DNA of 50,610 nucleotides from Atractiella rhizophila (GCA_021432655.1 MU271208.1:78037-128646), one strand, 5' to 3'; positions 1 through 12,436 are shown, numbered from the stretch's first letter. Notes: a model not told the origin generated them from the letters alone. Made by a program: numbers and translations.

Positions 1-2759
1 AAGGATTGATTATTAGCAGATCTAGCTGCGATCCGTTTCATATTCTCCACCTTCTCTTGATATTCGTGTGCTTCAGACGCGACAGAGGTAAGAGCGGAAG
101 CTGTGACGCTCAAAATCTATACTGCATTGAACGGGGAGAAAACGGATCTTTAATTTGAACACGTACTTGCTTGAGCTGGTCTTCAAGATTAGTCGTAAAG
201 CCAGGCTTTGACCCTATCAATCCAGCTGCGGCGAGGTCGAGAAGATTTCCCATCGAGTTGAGGAACGCGAACTGGGGCCGATAGCCGATTTGCTTTGCTA
301 ATTCCTTGATGTTCCCGCATTGTCACAGCTAGTCGAAAGAAAGGATAGAGGAGCGTACTGCTACTAGCTGGTTGTCGCTCGATGTTTTTGCTAAACTTTC
401 ACAGTCGAGGACGAGGATGTGCCTGTTGAGTGAATGGCGAGTCAGACGATTCTCTCCACACACATAAACATATCGTAGCATACTTTTGAGTTTGGAGAAT
501 ATTATCTACCAGGGCTTTCTTCCCGCTACCCTTAGGTCCGGTCTACAAGAGAACTCGAGTTATTCTCGGAACAATCCAAAACGAAATAGACACACAATTG
601 CGATGAAATTATCTGGAAAGTTCGTCAGAGGACACGATGCACGTCCAAGCAAACACTCACCCGGCCAATCCGTCAACCATCCTTCCAATCGATGCGTCGC
701 ATCTTCTCTCGCCTTCCCAATACCACTAGTCGCCGCCTGTTCCTGTTCCTTCTCCACCTTCAATCCCAACCTGCAGCCACCATTAGCAGTCCTCTACTCT
801 AAAAGGGCTCCAAAGCGCACCTCCCCAAAGTCTCCCTCTCAATCCACCTCACAAACGCCCAATCCCCAAGCTTATCCTTCCACCACTTCTTAACCTTCGC
901 TTCCACAAACAGCTTTCTAATCGGGTCAAAAATGAGCACCGTAGTGTACCCAAGGATGACGACGAGGATCGGGAATACGATCCTCGGATGTGAGGTGATC
1001 CAGTCGCGAATCACATGTCCCCTGATACGGGGGACGTAGTTGATGCGCAACTTGAGGAAGGTGTTGGGGAGCGTGTAGCCGTGCAGACACGAGCGAGCGG
1101 CCGTGGCGGACCGCATCGACCAGTATGTTATGGTTGCCGTTCGTGGGACGTCCTTAGCTGGTGACAGCGTGAGAGAGCTGATTTTACCGTACTGTTAACC
1201 GATTAAGTTAGCTGGTTTAGTTATAGTGGGTTAATATCTTTGTGGACAGAAAGGTTTGAATAGATGTGCTCGTGTGCAGGGAGGCAAGATCAATGGTTTC
1301 CTGCTCGGTCCAGTCGCTCCTTTAATGGAACTTGATAACGGAAGTGAATGGTTACATCTTTCTGACTGTAAAACGAAGAGAGAGTTCATAACCAAGCAAC
1401 CACATTTTCTGCGTCCTCCCTCTGGCCCCAAAGGAGTAACAGGCAATGATAGAAACGAAGAGGTGAAAATAACATAGGAATAAAAATACTCAACGACGAA
1501 GCAGGACCCATTCTGTTTGATGCACATTTCCCGTCCATAGAACAATTGTTCCTCTGCGTGTCATTTATCAAGACATGCAACTCGAACACCTCTTAACATA
1601 CAGGAACCACCAAAACAGAAACGATGACAAGCTACTCCTTGATCCAAGAGCAATCCAGAAAGGGCGCAAACCGAGCAGCCCACCATTCGCTTCAAGGTGC
1701 AACACTTCAATCAACAAGGGGATAGACACAATACTCAACAGGAAGACTTTCTCTCGTAGACAATGTCCACAATATTTATCTGCAAGCAACCACCACCATG
1801 TGCGCATTTCTGAATGTCAGCTCCGTCCATCCATCCATCCTTCATTCGTGGACGAGACTTGACCAGTTGATGTGCATGACGCTATCCTCGAAGTAATGGG
1901 GATATGTCTCATTGTGGCCAAGCAACGGAGAAAGAGTTCAAAAGGATTCCTTCGTTCTCTTGCGAAATGACGCTCAATGAACCCATCCTCTCTCCATCAA
2001 GTTTATCTGAAGCATCCGCCTCCTCTCCACAAAGCCAGAATCTCTCCAAAAAGGACACCACCGTCGCAAAAAGAAAAGACGAACCTCCCGAAACACCTCC
2101 CAGACCTGTTCCTCGCCCACCGTCTCCCCCCCACCGCCCATCAACTCGACCCTGATCTCCGAATTGGGCCACCGATCCAAATCCTCCAACCACGGCTGGC
2201 CTCTCACCACATACGCCTCCCTCCCACCCCCATCTCCTCCCTCGCCCATCGCCACGCCCGACGCGACGAACGAGGGGATGTACCACGGGACATTGGTTGG
2301 GAGCTTCCGCAACTTCTCCGCCACCCTCTCCACATCCACCTCCACCTCCTCCACCCCATCCTTCTTTCCACCCTCCTCGACCGTAGCAGTTGGCGGAAGG
2401 AAAACAAACATGCCCCCCTCCTTCGCCCTCGTCAACACCCTCACCCGTCCCTCCCCCTCGCCCTCCTTCAAGCCGAGCGCCTCCCTCACCTGCTGGAGGA
2501 CGCGCTGCTGCAGCCGCTCCGTCTCGCCGAGGAGGAGGGTGAGGAGGGGGCGGAGGTCGTACCGCGTGTGGCGGAGGGGGAGGAGGTGCGGGTAGTAGAG
2601 CGAGGCGCGGAGGGGTGGGAGTGGGGGTGGAGGTGGAGATGTGGATGTTGAGGGAGATGGGGAAGGCGAAGGCGAAGGGGAGGGAGGGAGGGAAGCGGAT
2701 AGCAAGCGCCGCGGGAGGAGAGTGGGACGGAGAAGACGGAGGCCGCGGGAGGGCATCAT
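1..2759 (-). CDS. YME2: Mitochondrial escape protein 2 (Yme2/RNA12-like; RRM, TM segment, P-loop region); 3' part runs off the window
   Basis: Arg/Leu-rich presequence MMPSRGLRLLRPTLLPRRLLS. Motif GQPWLEDLDRWP..IRVE. An 893-nt intron (2084-1192, GTTCGT...GCTAAC...AG) joins VFRE to YGKISSL..ATITYWSMRSATAARSCLHG (RRM-like), then RDWITSHPRIVFP..IFDPIRKLFVEAK. Further short introns follow towards base 1. Confidence 0.88.
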
Positions 2760-3479
2760 TGTTGTGATGAGTGGTTTGGGCGTTGAGTGGCTCGCTGTGG
2801 TGGTTGGATTGAGGAAAGCAAGAAGAGTGATGCCAGTGACGTCACGCGTGAAGTCAGACGGTCGGAAAAGGAAAAGAGAAGAAAGGAAATACACTTCTGC
2901 TTTCGCTTTGACAGAGTGTTACTGTGTTACTGAAGGTTGATTCATCGATTGACCACGCTGCAGACATTGATGCATACGCGTATCCTGATTGTACCACAAT
3001 TTGATGCCATCCCACATCAAAGGTCCAGAAAGATGATTCGCGAATGCCCCTGCGATACCCTCTGTGTGGCCATTCCGCGCACTGGCAGTTAATTGCACAA
3101 AATCCAAAGACACGACATTGATGTGAGTAGCAAGTTTACGAATTGTATTACTATACTGATTCCTTATTGGGTGTAAAAAGAAAGTCTTCCTAATTATACT
3201 GTGACACCGTGAGGTGCAGTCAAGCCAAGCCGATAACAATCAGGTCCAGAGATGATCATATAAAAAACCATTATCATTACGCGGTGGAGCGTAATCCGCA
3301 CGGCACCTCTTTGATGATCCGCAATTTCAAAACTGGCAAGAGGAGACGCTTTCCCTAGCAGAGCAAGGAGGACAGCCGCTTAAAAATGGGATAAATGCGG
3401 ATGTAGTCCAGAAGCCACAGGCGACTCTTCAAAACGGATTCCTTCTGCTGTTACACCTCTCAGCTACCTGGAAAACATC

Positions 3480-4481
3480 ATGCCTTCAGCAAATAAAGAA
3501 TCGATAGAGATGGAGGTGATAGGTGCAGGTTTAGGACGTGTAGGTCTAATCCTTCCATCCTCCTTCAATTGTTGACACCTCCCTTGGCGGTAGACCGGAA
3601 CATTATCTCTCTTTCACGCCCTAACCATCCTAGGATACAACTGCCACCACATGGAGACAGTAGCTCGCGACTCCAAACGAGGGAAAATGCTGCTCTCCAT
3701 AGCAGAGCACCAAAACGCCGGTTTGGGGACCGCAGACGTGGATTGGAAGCATGTGTGGAAGGGCTACTCAGCAGCGGTGGACAGTCCAATGGCCGACTGG
3801 TACCACGAAGCCGCACAGGCTTTTCCAAATGCAAAAGTCATCCTCACGACTCGAGAGCCAGACGCTTGGTGGAACTCTTACTACACCACGCGTGCGTTCA
3901 TTCTATTCTCTTTCCTTCCTTCATACAGAAGATGATGATCGAACGGACTTGAATTGGTAGTGCTGGAACCGTGGTTGTGGAATTGGGCTGCGAGACTTGC
4001 GATGCGTTGGATCCCGGGGATTTTTTGGCAGTCGAAACTGACGGATCAGCTTTTAATTCGCTGGGGAAAGCTATACGGGTCTCCTATTGGTCCACAAACG
4101 ATAGTCCGACATTCGGAAGAGGTCAGAAAAAGGTTCGCAATCATCTACATTTCCTACTGTCTCGAACATAATTGAGATGAGTCCAGAATACCCAAAGAGC
4201 GGTTGCTGGAATTTAACGTAAAGCAAGGCTGGGAGCCTTTGTGCAAAGTAAGCAACCGCTCTATAATTCGTCCAAGGCGCTGAACAGTGTAGTTTCTCGG
4301 AAAACCAATCCCTCCTGAACCTTTCCCAAGGGCGAACGACGGAGCGGGGACGAGGAGGATCCTGATGATTGTCAAAACTTTCGGTCTTGGAATGTGGGCA
4401 CTTTCGTTTACAGGTGTGGGAATGGCTGTTTGGTGGACTCTGAAGAAGATAAATTGGATAGAAGGAATATCTTCGCAGTAG
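3480..4481 (+). CDS. P-loop sulfotransferase-like protein (Sulfotransfer_4-type) with C-terminal hydrophobic segment
   Basis: Spliced frame gives EVIGAGLGRTGTLSL..ALTILGYNCHHM, YSAAVDSP, FPNAKVILTTREPDAWWNS, LLEFNVKQGWEPLCKFLGKPIPPEPFPRAND. Stop TAG at 4479-4481. Confidence 0.85.
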
Positions 4482-5112
4482 TTCTCAGCAACCTCTTCTT
4501 TTGGGCTGTTTGATATTTCTGCCGTATTTAGGACATTTCAACTACTTTCAACCCTCTGTGAATTAATGTGCTTTGACAGCTAAACTGAATTTCGGTATCA
4601 AAGACAGAAGACATGCGGGTTTGCATCATTGCGGCATCAAACTTGATGCCTTGAGGATTGAGCTTGACGCGTCAAGTAGCAAAACCACATTACTGGCTCA
4701 CGTTGCGTTTGCTAACAACAATGCCGCTGTTGTCATGCACACACAACATTGGCTCCAAGGAGGCCGCTTCCTCCTTGTTCATGGAGAGTGACTTCTGAGA
4801 CTTGGTTTAGTTCCGCCATGAGGAAAGTAATACACATCACGAATACATCACGGCATGTACTCTTGTTACTGACGGTTCCCACCTAGCCCTTTTCAAATTC
4901 GAGACAATGAGAAAACAGCGGAACCGAACTTGTTCAAAAGGACAAGGTCGGAACAAAGGCAAAAGCAAAACATGCGTTTTTCTACAGAAACGACGGAGCT
5001 CTAAGGAGCTGATGGATTGGGATCTGAGCTGATGCGAGTCCAGTTGTGCGTACTCTGTTTGTTAGAAGTGGTGCTAGTCTCATGAGCCTGCCTCAAAGTT
5101 TCCAATTTGAAC

Positions 5113-6982
5113 ATGTCGCGTACACAAGTGCTGCAGCTCAAGCAATTTCTTCTTCAAACCCGCTTCCCTCTCCCAACCGTCATTCCAGTAACCAACTGCG
5201 GCACATCAGGCTACATACCCAAGCGGGTCATTGCATCCCTTCCATATGCAGCTATGCGGGAGCCAGACATGGCTCTGCGCCTCAGCCAACAACTGTTTGC
5301 TTTTTTGGACAGCCCGGACATGACAGATGACTTCCTTGTCCCTGGAGCTGTTGAAAAACTCGCCATGAAGTTTATGGTGCACACTGAGGACATGACTGAG
5401 GATGAACTCCGGCTAGAAGACGATGTTTTGACCAAATACGAACGTCGAGTGATACCAGTCATGAACGACCTTTACAAGATTTTCAAAGTGCATGCTAACT
5501 CGCCTCTGCTGTATAAAAAGCAGAGTAGTCTCAACGGGTTTTATCCTGATCATGCCATTGTGGCACAACAGAAGATGCTGACGATGACGGAGGAGAAAGG
5601 GCCTTCGGTGTACAAGAAATTCAGAGAGGACATGGACGGGTATGTCGAAGCGAATACCCCTACTGTCTTTGATTTCAGCAAGACATCGGAAGGCGGACAG
5701 TCCATTATTGATAAGGTGCGCGGTTCGAAGATTGCGGTCTCAGTGCGCCGGCTTCTTACCTGTTGATTTTAGTTCTCCTGTGCATTTTCTGCCACGGAGG
5801 CCAAATATGGATGTATACACGACCTGTTCGAGACTGACCTCTCCGAAAAAGTTTCCGTTGAGGGGCGGACGTGTTTGACGTTTTCGAGTCCGATCGCACT
5901 AACTTCCGAATATTACCTTCCATCCATGTTCTGGACATTGTTAGTTCAGTCGCCCCATCTTGGGGATGCCATTTCCCGTTTTGATCGACAATCCCTCTTG
6001 GTGGATCGATTTCGAAGTGCGCTCCCTTCGACGAATCCACCTCAACCAGAGAAAGAACTTGGCAGCGGTAGTTCTGTTTATGGTCGAATGGCAGATATTT
6101 CTCTTTCTACATCCGGCAAAGGCGATGCTAGCGGCAAAAAGAGGCAAAATGCTTGCGAGAGTCTTCATGGATTCACATTCTGGGGTAGGCGATCCAAAAA
6201 TCCAAAAAGCCTTTCTTTTGACCTTGCAAGGGTAATGTTTTAGCCATCATGTCCTCGCTAAAGCTGACCAATGCATAGATTCATCATCTACGAATTTTGA
6301 TCAACTTAAGAAACTTTGTCCTTCAGACCTACGATCTCACTCCCGTCTATGCGGGGACGGTCTTAGGTGGTAACGAGTTGCCCCCATCACCTCCATCCAC
6401 GCCGAGCGAGGAACCTCATATTTGTTTGAATTACGAATGCGATATTAGCGACGGAGACGCATGGGTCTTCAAAGGACATCTTCCTGGGACGTCTTTCACC
6501 CTCGTTGCAAAGACATTTGATGATAACGTCAAAGCAACGATGCTCCATGAGCTATCAATCTATCAGTATCTCGCTCCACACCGCCTCCCATTCGTTCCGG
6601 AGGTTTATGGGGTCTGGCAACTTGGGGAAGAGTACCCAATGTATTTTCTCCTGCTTGAAGATGTCGGGCAGCCGGTGGGGAATCTGTCAAAGCTAACTCA
6701 AAGCGACAAGTGCGTTCTTCTTCCATGTGATGGCTGGCCTGGTTCTGAAACCAAACTATCAGGGAAAAGCTCATGCAGAACGTGGTGGACCTGCATTCTG
6801 TCGGCGTTAAGCATGAGGACATTCATCCTCTCAACATACTTCGCAGACCTGACGGCCGTCTCGCTCTCATCGATTTCCATATGGCGGAAATCGGGCATAA
6901 ATGCGCAGGGCCGGACGCTTGCTCAGAATTGAGAATATTGAAGACGCAACTTTACCCCTCGGAGAAGAAATACTTGTGTTAG
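5113..6982 (+). CDS. Putative PD-(D/E)xK nuclease-like domain plus C-terminal protein-kinase-like domain
   Basis: Exons 5113-5715, 5773-6231, 6279-6709 and 6763-6982 splice in frame. N-terminal GFYPDHAIV..MTEEK and KYGCIHD. C-terminal LVAK, HELSIY, LLLEDVG, VKHEDIHPLNIL, LALIDFH. Confidence 0.72.
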
Positions 6983-7520
6983 AGCCTCAAATGATTGCAT
7001 ATGTGTATTATATAAGGCTTCCTTTGTTGGATCAGGTCACATTTGTACATACCACGAGTGACGACGTTCTTATCCTTCACTTGTCTGTCTGATGTACAAC
7101 TGGCAAAGTCGAGTCTTTTACCTACTAGAGAAGGAGTGAGGATCGTGCATACGAAGCTTGATAGATTCTCTACTCGGATCTTTACACGTCAGGCCGCCCG
7201 TTATTTCCGTGATGCGATGGAGTTGGAGATTGAACGAAACGAAGCTTTGCAGATTGAGTATTCGTCTCTATTATAAACGGTATATTACATTGACCAGCTC
7301 GAACATGAGTAGGCTGTCACTCGTAGCTTAAAGAAACTCGGACAGACCGTGCCAGTTTAAGATTGCTTACACACATCGTTGAAGGTGACATATGTCATTT
7401 CATAATGTCATTTCAAATTGCGAATTGCTGACGAAAGTGGAGGATCATTGTGTGATCTAACCAACATCCAAATAATTGTCTAAATCGATCCCACGCTACA
7501 GTTATTACGAGATAGATATT

Positions 7521-8987
7521 ATGTCAGTTCCAAAAGTTGGAGTAGCGCTGTTAGGAGCAGGCATTTTCGCGAAGGAGGCGTGAGTGGTCCGATATTTGAT
7601 CAGCATTTATCTCCTCCAGTTCACAATGGGGAGAGCTGAGTTGGTGTCATAAACTTCGCGGAACTCTCTAGAAGCAAACAGTATTCAAAGATCTCAAAGC
7701 ATTGAAGCAGAAGCTCTTTCAGTGTTCAACAAGGTTGTTCATTCTGTGAAGTGGTTCTTCAACTTGTCTACAGATTGCAATCGCGGTCGGATGACATCAT
7801 ATTTTGTTGCTGGGAGTGGAACAGAGGGCATGAGAGGAAGAATCTTGGCGATACGGAGACCAAGCTGTGGCTAACGTATGGGCAAACAGACACGTCCCTG
7901 TGCTTCTATCACATGAATCTATCGATTTTCTGGCCGTCTACTCCCGCTCTCACAAGACTGCCTCAACCATCGTCTCCTCCGTGCCGTTCTCTGAGGTCGA
8001 GAAGATCAAAATCTATTCGGACGACTCGACGACTGGCGATACGCTCCCTACCCTCCTCTCACGCTCCGACATCCACGCCGTCGTCATCGCTCTCCCGATA
8101 GTAGTGCAACCAGATTACATTGAAAAGTGTCTCGAAGCTGGGAAGCATGTGTTGTGTGAGAAGCCTGTGGCGAAGGACATGGCAAGTGCTAGAGAGATCA
8201 TCAAGATTTACAAGGAGAAATATGAACCCAAAGGACTGCTCTGGGTGACCGCAGAGAACTTTGGATTCGAGACTGCCATACTGAAAGCGGGAGAAATCGT
8301 GAAGAGTGGCAAGCTGGGAACAATCAGGCACTTCTCTTTGGAGCAATATAGCTTTACCCCGAAGTGTGCGTCCGACTTTCCCAATTCCCATCGCCCATCG
8401 CCAATGACCGAATGATAGCATCGAAGTATTACAACACCCCTTGGCGCACGATCCCAGACTACCAAGGAGGATTTTTGCTTGATGGAGGGGTTCATTCCAC
8501 CGCCCTCCTTTCTCGCGTTGTGCTTCACTCACCTGTGGTCGAAGTGAGCGCCTACACAGACCTTTTGCACAAGCACCTCGCGCCGGAGGACTCAATCCGA
8601 AGCATCATCAAGTTGGAAGATGGAACTAAGGGGACTTTCAATCTCAGCTTCGGGATGGAGGAGAAGCCGATCACGAGGCGCTGGCTCACTGTTCTCGGGA
8701 GTGAAGGAGCACTCGAGCTTCTGTCACCGTTTGGAACACAAGGTTATAAACTGTCGTTGAGAACGAAAGGAAGCGAAGAGGTGGAGGAGAAGGAGTGGAA
8801 GAGCGATGGAATCGTGAATGAGATTGGAGAGTGGATCGAAGCCATCAAGAAAGGAAGTAAGAGCGCTGAGTGGGCTTCAGTCGTCAAGAAGGGCGGACCT
8901 GAGTTTGCGTTACTCGATTTATCTATCATCGAGGCATGCTTGAACAGCGGAAAAGATGGAAAGGTCGTCAAATTGGCTGATCTCTAA
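7521..8987 (+). CDS. Gfo/Idh/MocA-family NAD(P)-dependent oxidoreductase
   Basis: VALLGAGIFAKEAH, DIHAVVIALPI, AGKHVLCEKPVA, WRTIPDYQGGFLLDGGVH. Intron 1 at 7580-7889 and a second short intron near 8365-8418. Confidence 0.92.
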
Positions 8988-9059
8988 CTTGACCAAATAT
9001 CAAATATTGTAAACAAATAGTTCTTGAATAGATTTGAAAGAAGAAATGTTGTGTTCACA

Positions 9060-9506
9060 TCAATCTTCCCCAACCCCAGCCCCCGAAACAGTTGCCAGAT
9101 CATCATCATCTGCCTCTTCTCCTTCTTGAATGGTCTCCTCCTTTCTCTTTATCTGATCCACCAGCTTCTGAACACCTACGTGTACTTCTTCCCCATGATC
9201 AAGAGCGAACGTCTGCAGCGCACGCACCCAGCGACCATCGTCTTCTCCTGCTGCGATTTCTATGGTGAGTGTCTTTTCGATAGCATGGGGGCTCATCGGC
9301 CTGACGGTGGAGGTGGATGAAGGACGAGAAGTTGAAGGTGTTGGTGAGGAAGGGTCATCATGCTGGAGCGAGGTAGACGTGGAGGGTTTGGGGGTTGTGA
9401 GCCTAAAGTTAACGTCATTTCTGCGCTAAAGGGAGGAATAGTAAGAATCTGACAGTTCTGCATCCGATGTGTTAAGACTTGTGGAAGACTCCTCGTTATT
9501 CATCAT
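9060..9506 (-). CDS. Small hypothetical protein (Ser/Pro-rich N-terminus, acidic C-terminus)
   Basis: ATG at 9506 and one GTCAGA...TTAAC..TAG intron link MMNNEESS..EL in frame to LTTPKPST..MSPHAIEK..GVGED*. No recognisable domain. Confidence 0.45.
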
Positions 9507-9959
9507 TATGGCGAGAACGCAGTGTTAATCTCTAGTAACTGTTGGTGGACTTGCTCACGATAGATCGTATTCGAACCGAATTACCTTTTGATTCTTAAGG
9601 CTATCCTCCCAAGGGCATCGGTTTGCGTCTTCGCACTTCCAAAGGAGGAGGCGCAGACGGGCTTCGGTTTTTGTTGATGACTACCACGCTCAGAAAAAAG
9701 TATTGAGGGGATGAAACGATATGAAATTTGCACCAAGTTGACTCAGGGAATGTCTTGGAACTAAAACACCATCCTAGGTATCGACATTACCAGGTTAACT
9801 TTAGGCCAAAGAAACGTCCCTGGAAGGCAAGGCTGCTCACGTTATCAGCCAATCACCTAATCTGGATGGCAATCGAACAAAGGAAGGCGACGTAACGACT
9901 TTCGCAAAGGTTATTTCTTCTTACTCCAATGAAGGAAGCTGCGAAATATCAGGACTCTC

Positions 9960-9979
9960 GGGAAGGGAAGGGGTTTGGG
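9960..9979 (+). promoter_or_regulatory. G-quadruplex-forming motif upstream of GIS2
   Basis: GGGAAGGGAAGGGGTTTGGG: four G-runs with 2-3 nt loops, ~210 nt before the GIS2 ATG. Function not shown. Confidence 0.35.
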
Positions 9980-10189
9980 TTCGTGTTATCAAGTGATTAG
10001 CAAGTTAGGGTCAGGGCTTTCCGCCACAGAAACGCCCTTAAAAATTCGAGTGTACACAGCGATCAGTCAATCTCCTCCATCATTTTCCCTTCAGTTTTAC
10101 GTGTTCGACTCCTGCGTCTCAGCACCGCACAACAAATTGCTCGACCAGTTCCCCGAATTAACCAAAGACTTTTTAACGACAGATCAAGA

Positions 10190-11816
10190 ATGGATACTCG
10201 AACTTGCTACAACTGCAATCAACGTAGGTTTCGTTGGACTCCAGCTCCAGGTTATGATTACCAAAGCCCGCATCCACTGGAAAATGATTGTCATCGACTT
10301 CGGTGGAAGAAATCAATTCCTGGGTTGAAAGAACGAAAATATTGGAGAAGTGGCAACAACCATCGGGAGGTGGGAGTGTCAGCTTTTTCCAGTTTCTTTC
10401 TCGCGAAGACGGAGACGATCGTCCCGTCTTTACCCCTCATGGGAGATTTAATGGGTTTTACTTATTTTTTTCGTTCGTCCGGTCGCTTTACGTCGCTGAC
10501 CACATGGACGGACGTGAACGACTTGCGGAAGTTTTTCTGAACGAAGGCTTTGAAGGAGTCGAGTTTTCTTTGTTTCTAGATCGAAGACGTTTAATAGTTT
10601 TTAAGTGTTGGGATGGGGAGCGAGTGGGTGACGATCGCTGTCAATACTCTAGCTTAACCAATGACCAACCTTTTTCTCAGCCACACTTGCGGGTAATGCG
10701 TATCTTTGAACCTCAACCTTGTGAACTTGTGAACTTGAACTTAGCCTTAGCCTTAAGTGTTGTGTGATGGGGACGGAACTGACGAGGGGTGTTGGGTGTG
10801 CGATGCGATGTGTGGACGATGACGGTGACGAATGACGGTATGAATGACGGGGACGATCGATTGTGACGTGCGGATGGGGTGTCGTGTGTGATGTTGTGGA
10901 TTGATGGCTGCCGATGTGGTGAACTGTGGATGAACTGACCTGCAGCTGGCCACACCGCCGCTTCTTGCCCGACTGCTGGCTCTCCCGCTTGCTACAATGT
11001 ACGTCTGACACTCTGTTCTTGTCTCTCCAATGGAGAGTATTTGTTGACGCCAACGTGCAATGGATCAGTGTGGAGAGACTGGCCACATGTCCCGTGACTG
11101 CCCTCAAGAGAGGAAGCCAAAGAGCTGCTACAAATGTGGAGAGGAAGGCCACTTGTCTGTACGTCTGTGCTCCGCTCAGTGCCTGTCAGAAGAAGGCAAA
11201 GAGCTAATAGCATGCTGATGTAGAGGGACTGCCCTGCTGGCGGTAACGCTGGAGGATACGGAGGCGGATATGGCGGCGGCAGTGCTGGAGCTTGCTACAA
11301 GGTGTGTTTTCAGTTATCCTGCTCGAGCTGTGGGACTCACGACAAATGGGGCACAGTGTGGAAAGCCAGGACATATCAGCAGAAACTGCACATCTGGAGG
11401 TGGTGGAGGATACGGTGGTGGAGGATATGGAGGCCAGAAGACGTGCTACGTTCGTGTTCTGCCTACTTCTTTTTGTGCCCGCTAAAAATGAATTAGACTT
11501 GCGGTGGTGTTGGTCATCTCAGCAGGGACTGCGTCCAGTCGGCCAAGTGCTTTAACTGTGGACAAGACGGCCATATTAGCGTGAGTACCCTTGCGGTCCA
11601 TTGCTTCATTGCTACTACAGTCACGGTTTTGGTTATGGGTTCTGACATGTGGTTATTGGTGATAGAGGGATTGCACCTCTGGACCTCAGCAAAAGGCCTG
11701 CTACACCTGCGGTCAATCTGGTTAGTTTATCCGCATGATCTTGGATCAATAACTGAGTGATATGCCATATAGGTCATCTCTCCCGTGACTGCCCTCAAGC
11801 CGGTGGAAGCATGTAA
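10190..11816 (+). CDS. GIS2: CNBP/Gis2/Byr3-type seven CCHC zinc-knuckle nucleic-acid-binding protein
   Basis: Eight exons give seven CX2CX4HX4C knuckles (CYNCNQPGHTAASC, CYNCGETGHMSRDC, CYKCGEEGHLSRDC, CYKCGKPGHISRNC, CYTCGGVGHLSRDC, CFNCGQDGHISRDC, CYTCGQSGHLSRDC) with GGY linkers. Intron 1 is 10224-10945. Confidence 0.95.
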
Positions 11817-12436
11817 TCCCTCGAACATCGCGAGAGAATCATCTTCCTTTTTTCTCTACTCTGATTCATGGGAGCTTATGTGTCCACAAACAAGCGTTTC
11901 CTTTTCCTCATTCTCCTCCCATGCCAAAATTTGTTCACAACATTTTACTCCATAAAATGATGCCTTGACCATGGCCATGTATCAACTGTTACCTTACCAC
12001 TTCTTGTGCTTGTAATGAGATGGAGGATGGGTTGGATAAGGCGATTATGGTTCCTCCTTTGAGCTCCTTTGAGTTATGAGATTATCCACTGGTTGCAGTT
12101 GTGAGGTGTAAACCCTTCACTGACAGGTTCGGAGAGCAAACAAGGTCTTGATTGACCTGCTTGTTGGCTTAACCCTGTCTTCCAGCAACTTCATTCTCCT
12201 CCACGTCTCCTTTATCCTCACAAGTGATCTCTCCCATCCTGACAACTTGAATGGTCGCAACGATTCAAGCGGCTCGTCGTGACGCGGGTCAGCTTATTAC
12301 TAGGCAAGATCCGAGCACTGTCTCTGGATGCCTTCTTCTTATCCTGCCTCATCCTCATGTAGATTTATGGGCTCTGTAGATACCAACCTCGACCGCACTC
12401 ATCAATCTCATCACCCCAGTAGATCACCCCACTACA

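Noticed and set aside
1290..1485. AAACCAT and TATTCCTA on the minus strand, resembling U17/snR30 m2 and m1 motifs
   Set aside because: The motifs are ~180 nt apart and m2 is not 7 nt before an ACA box, so the spacing does not fit.
2836..2845. GTGACGTCAC CRE-like palindrome upstream of YME2
   Set aside because: Single short motif with no supporting evidence.
1909..2940. Many overlapping long ORFs on both strands
   Set aside because: By-products of the GC-rich, low-complexity YME2 exon 1.
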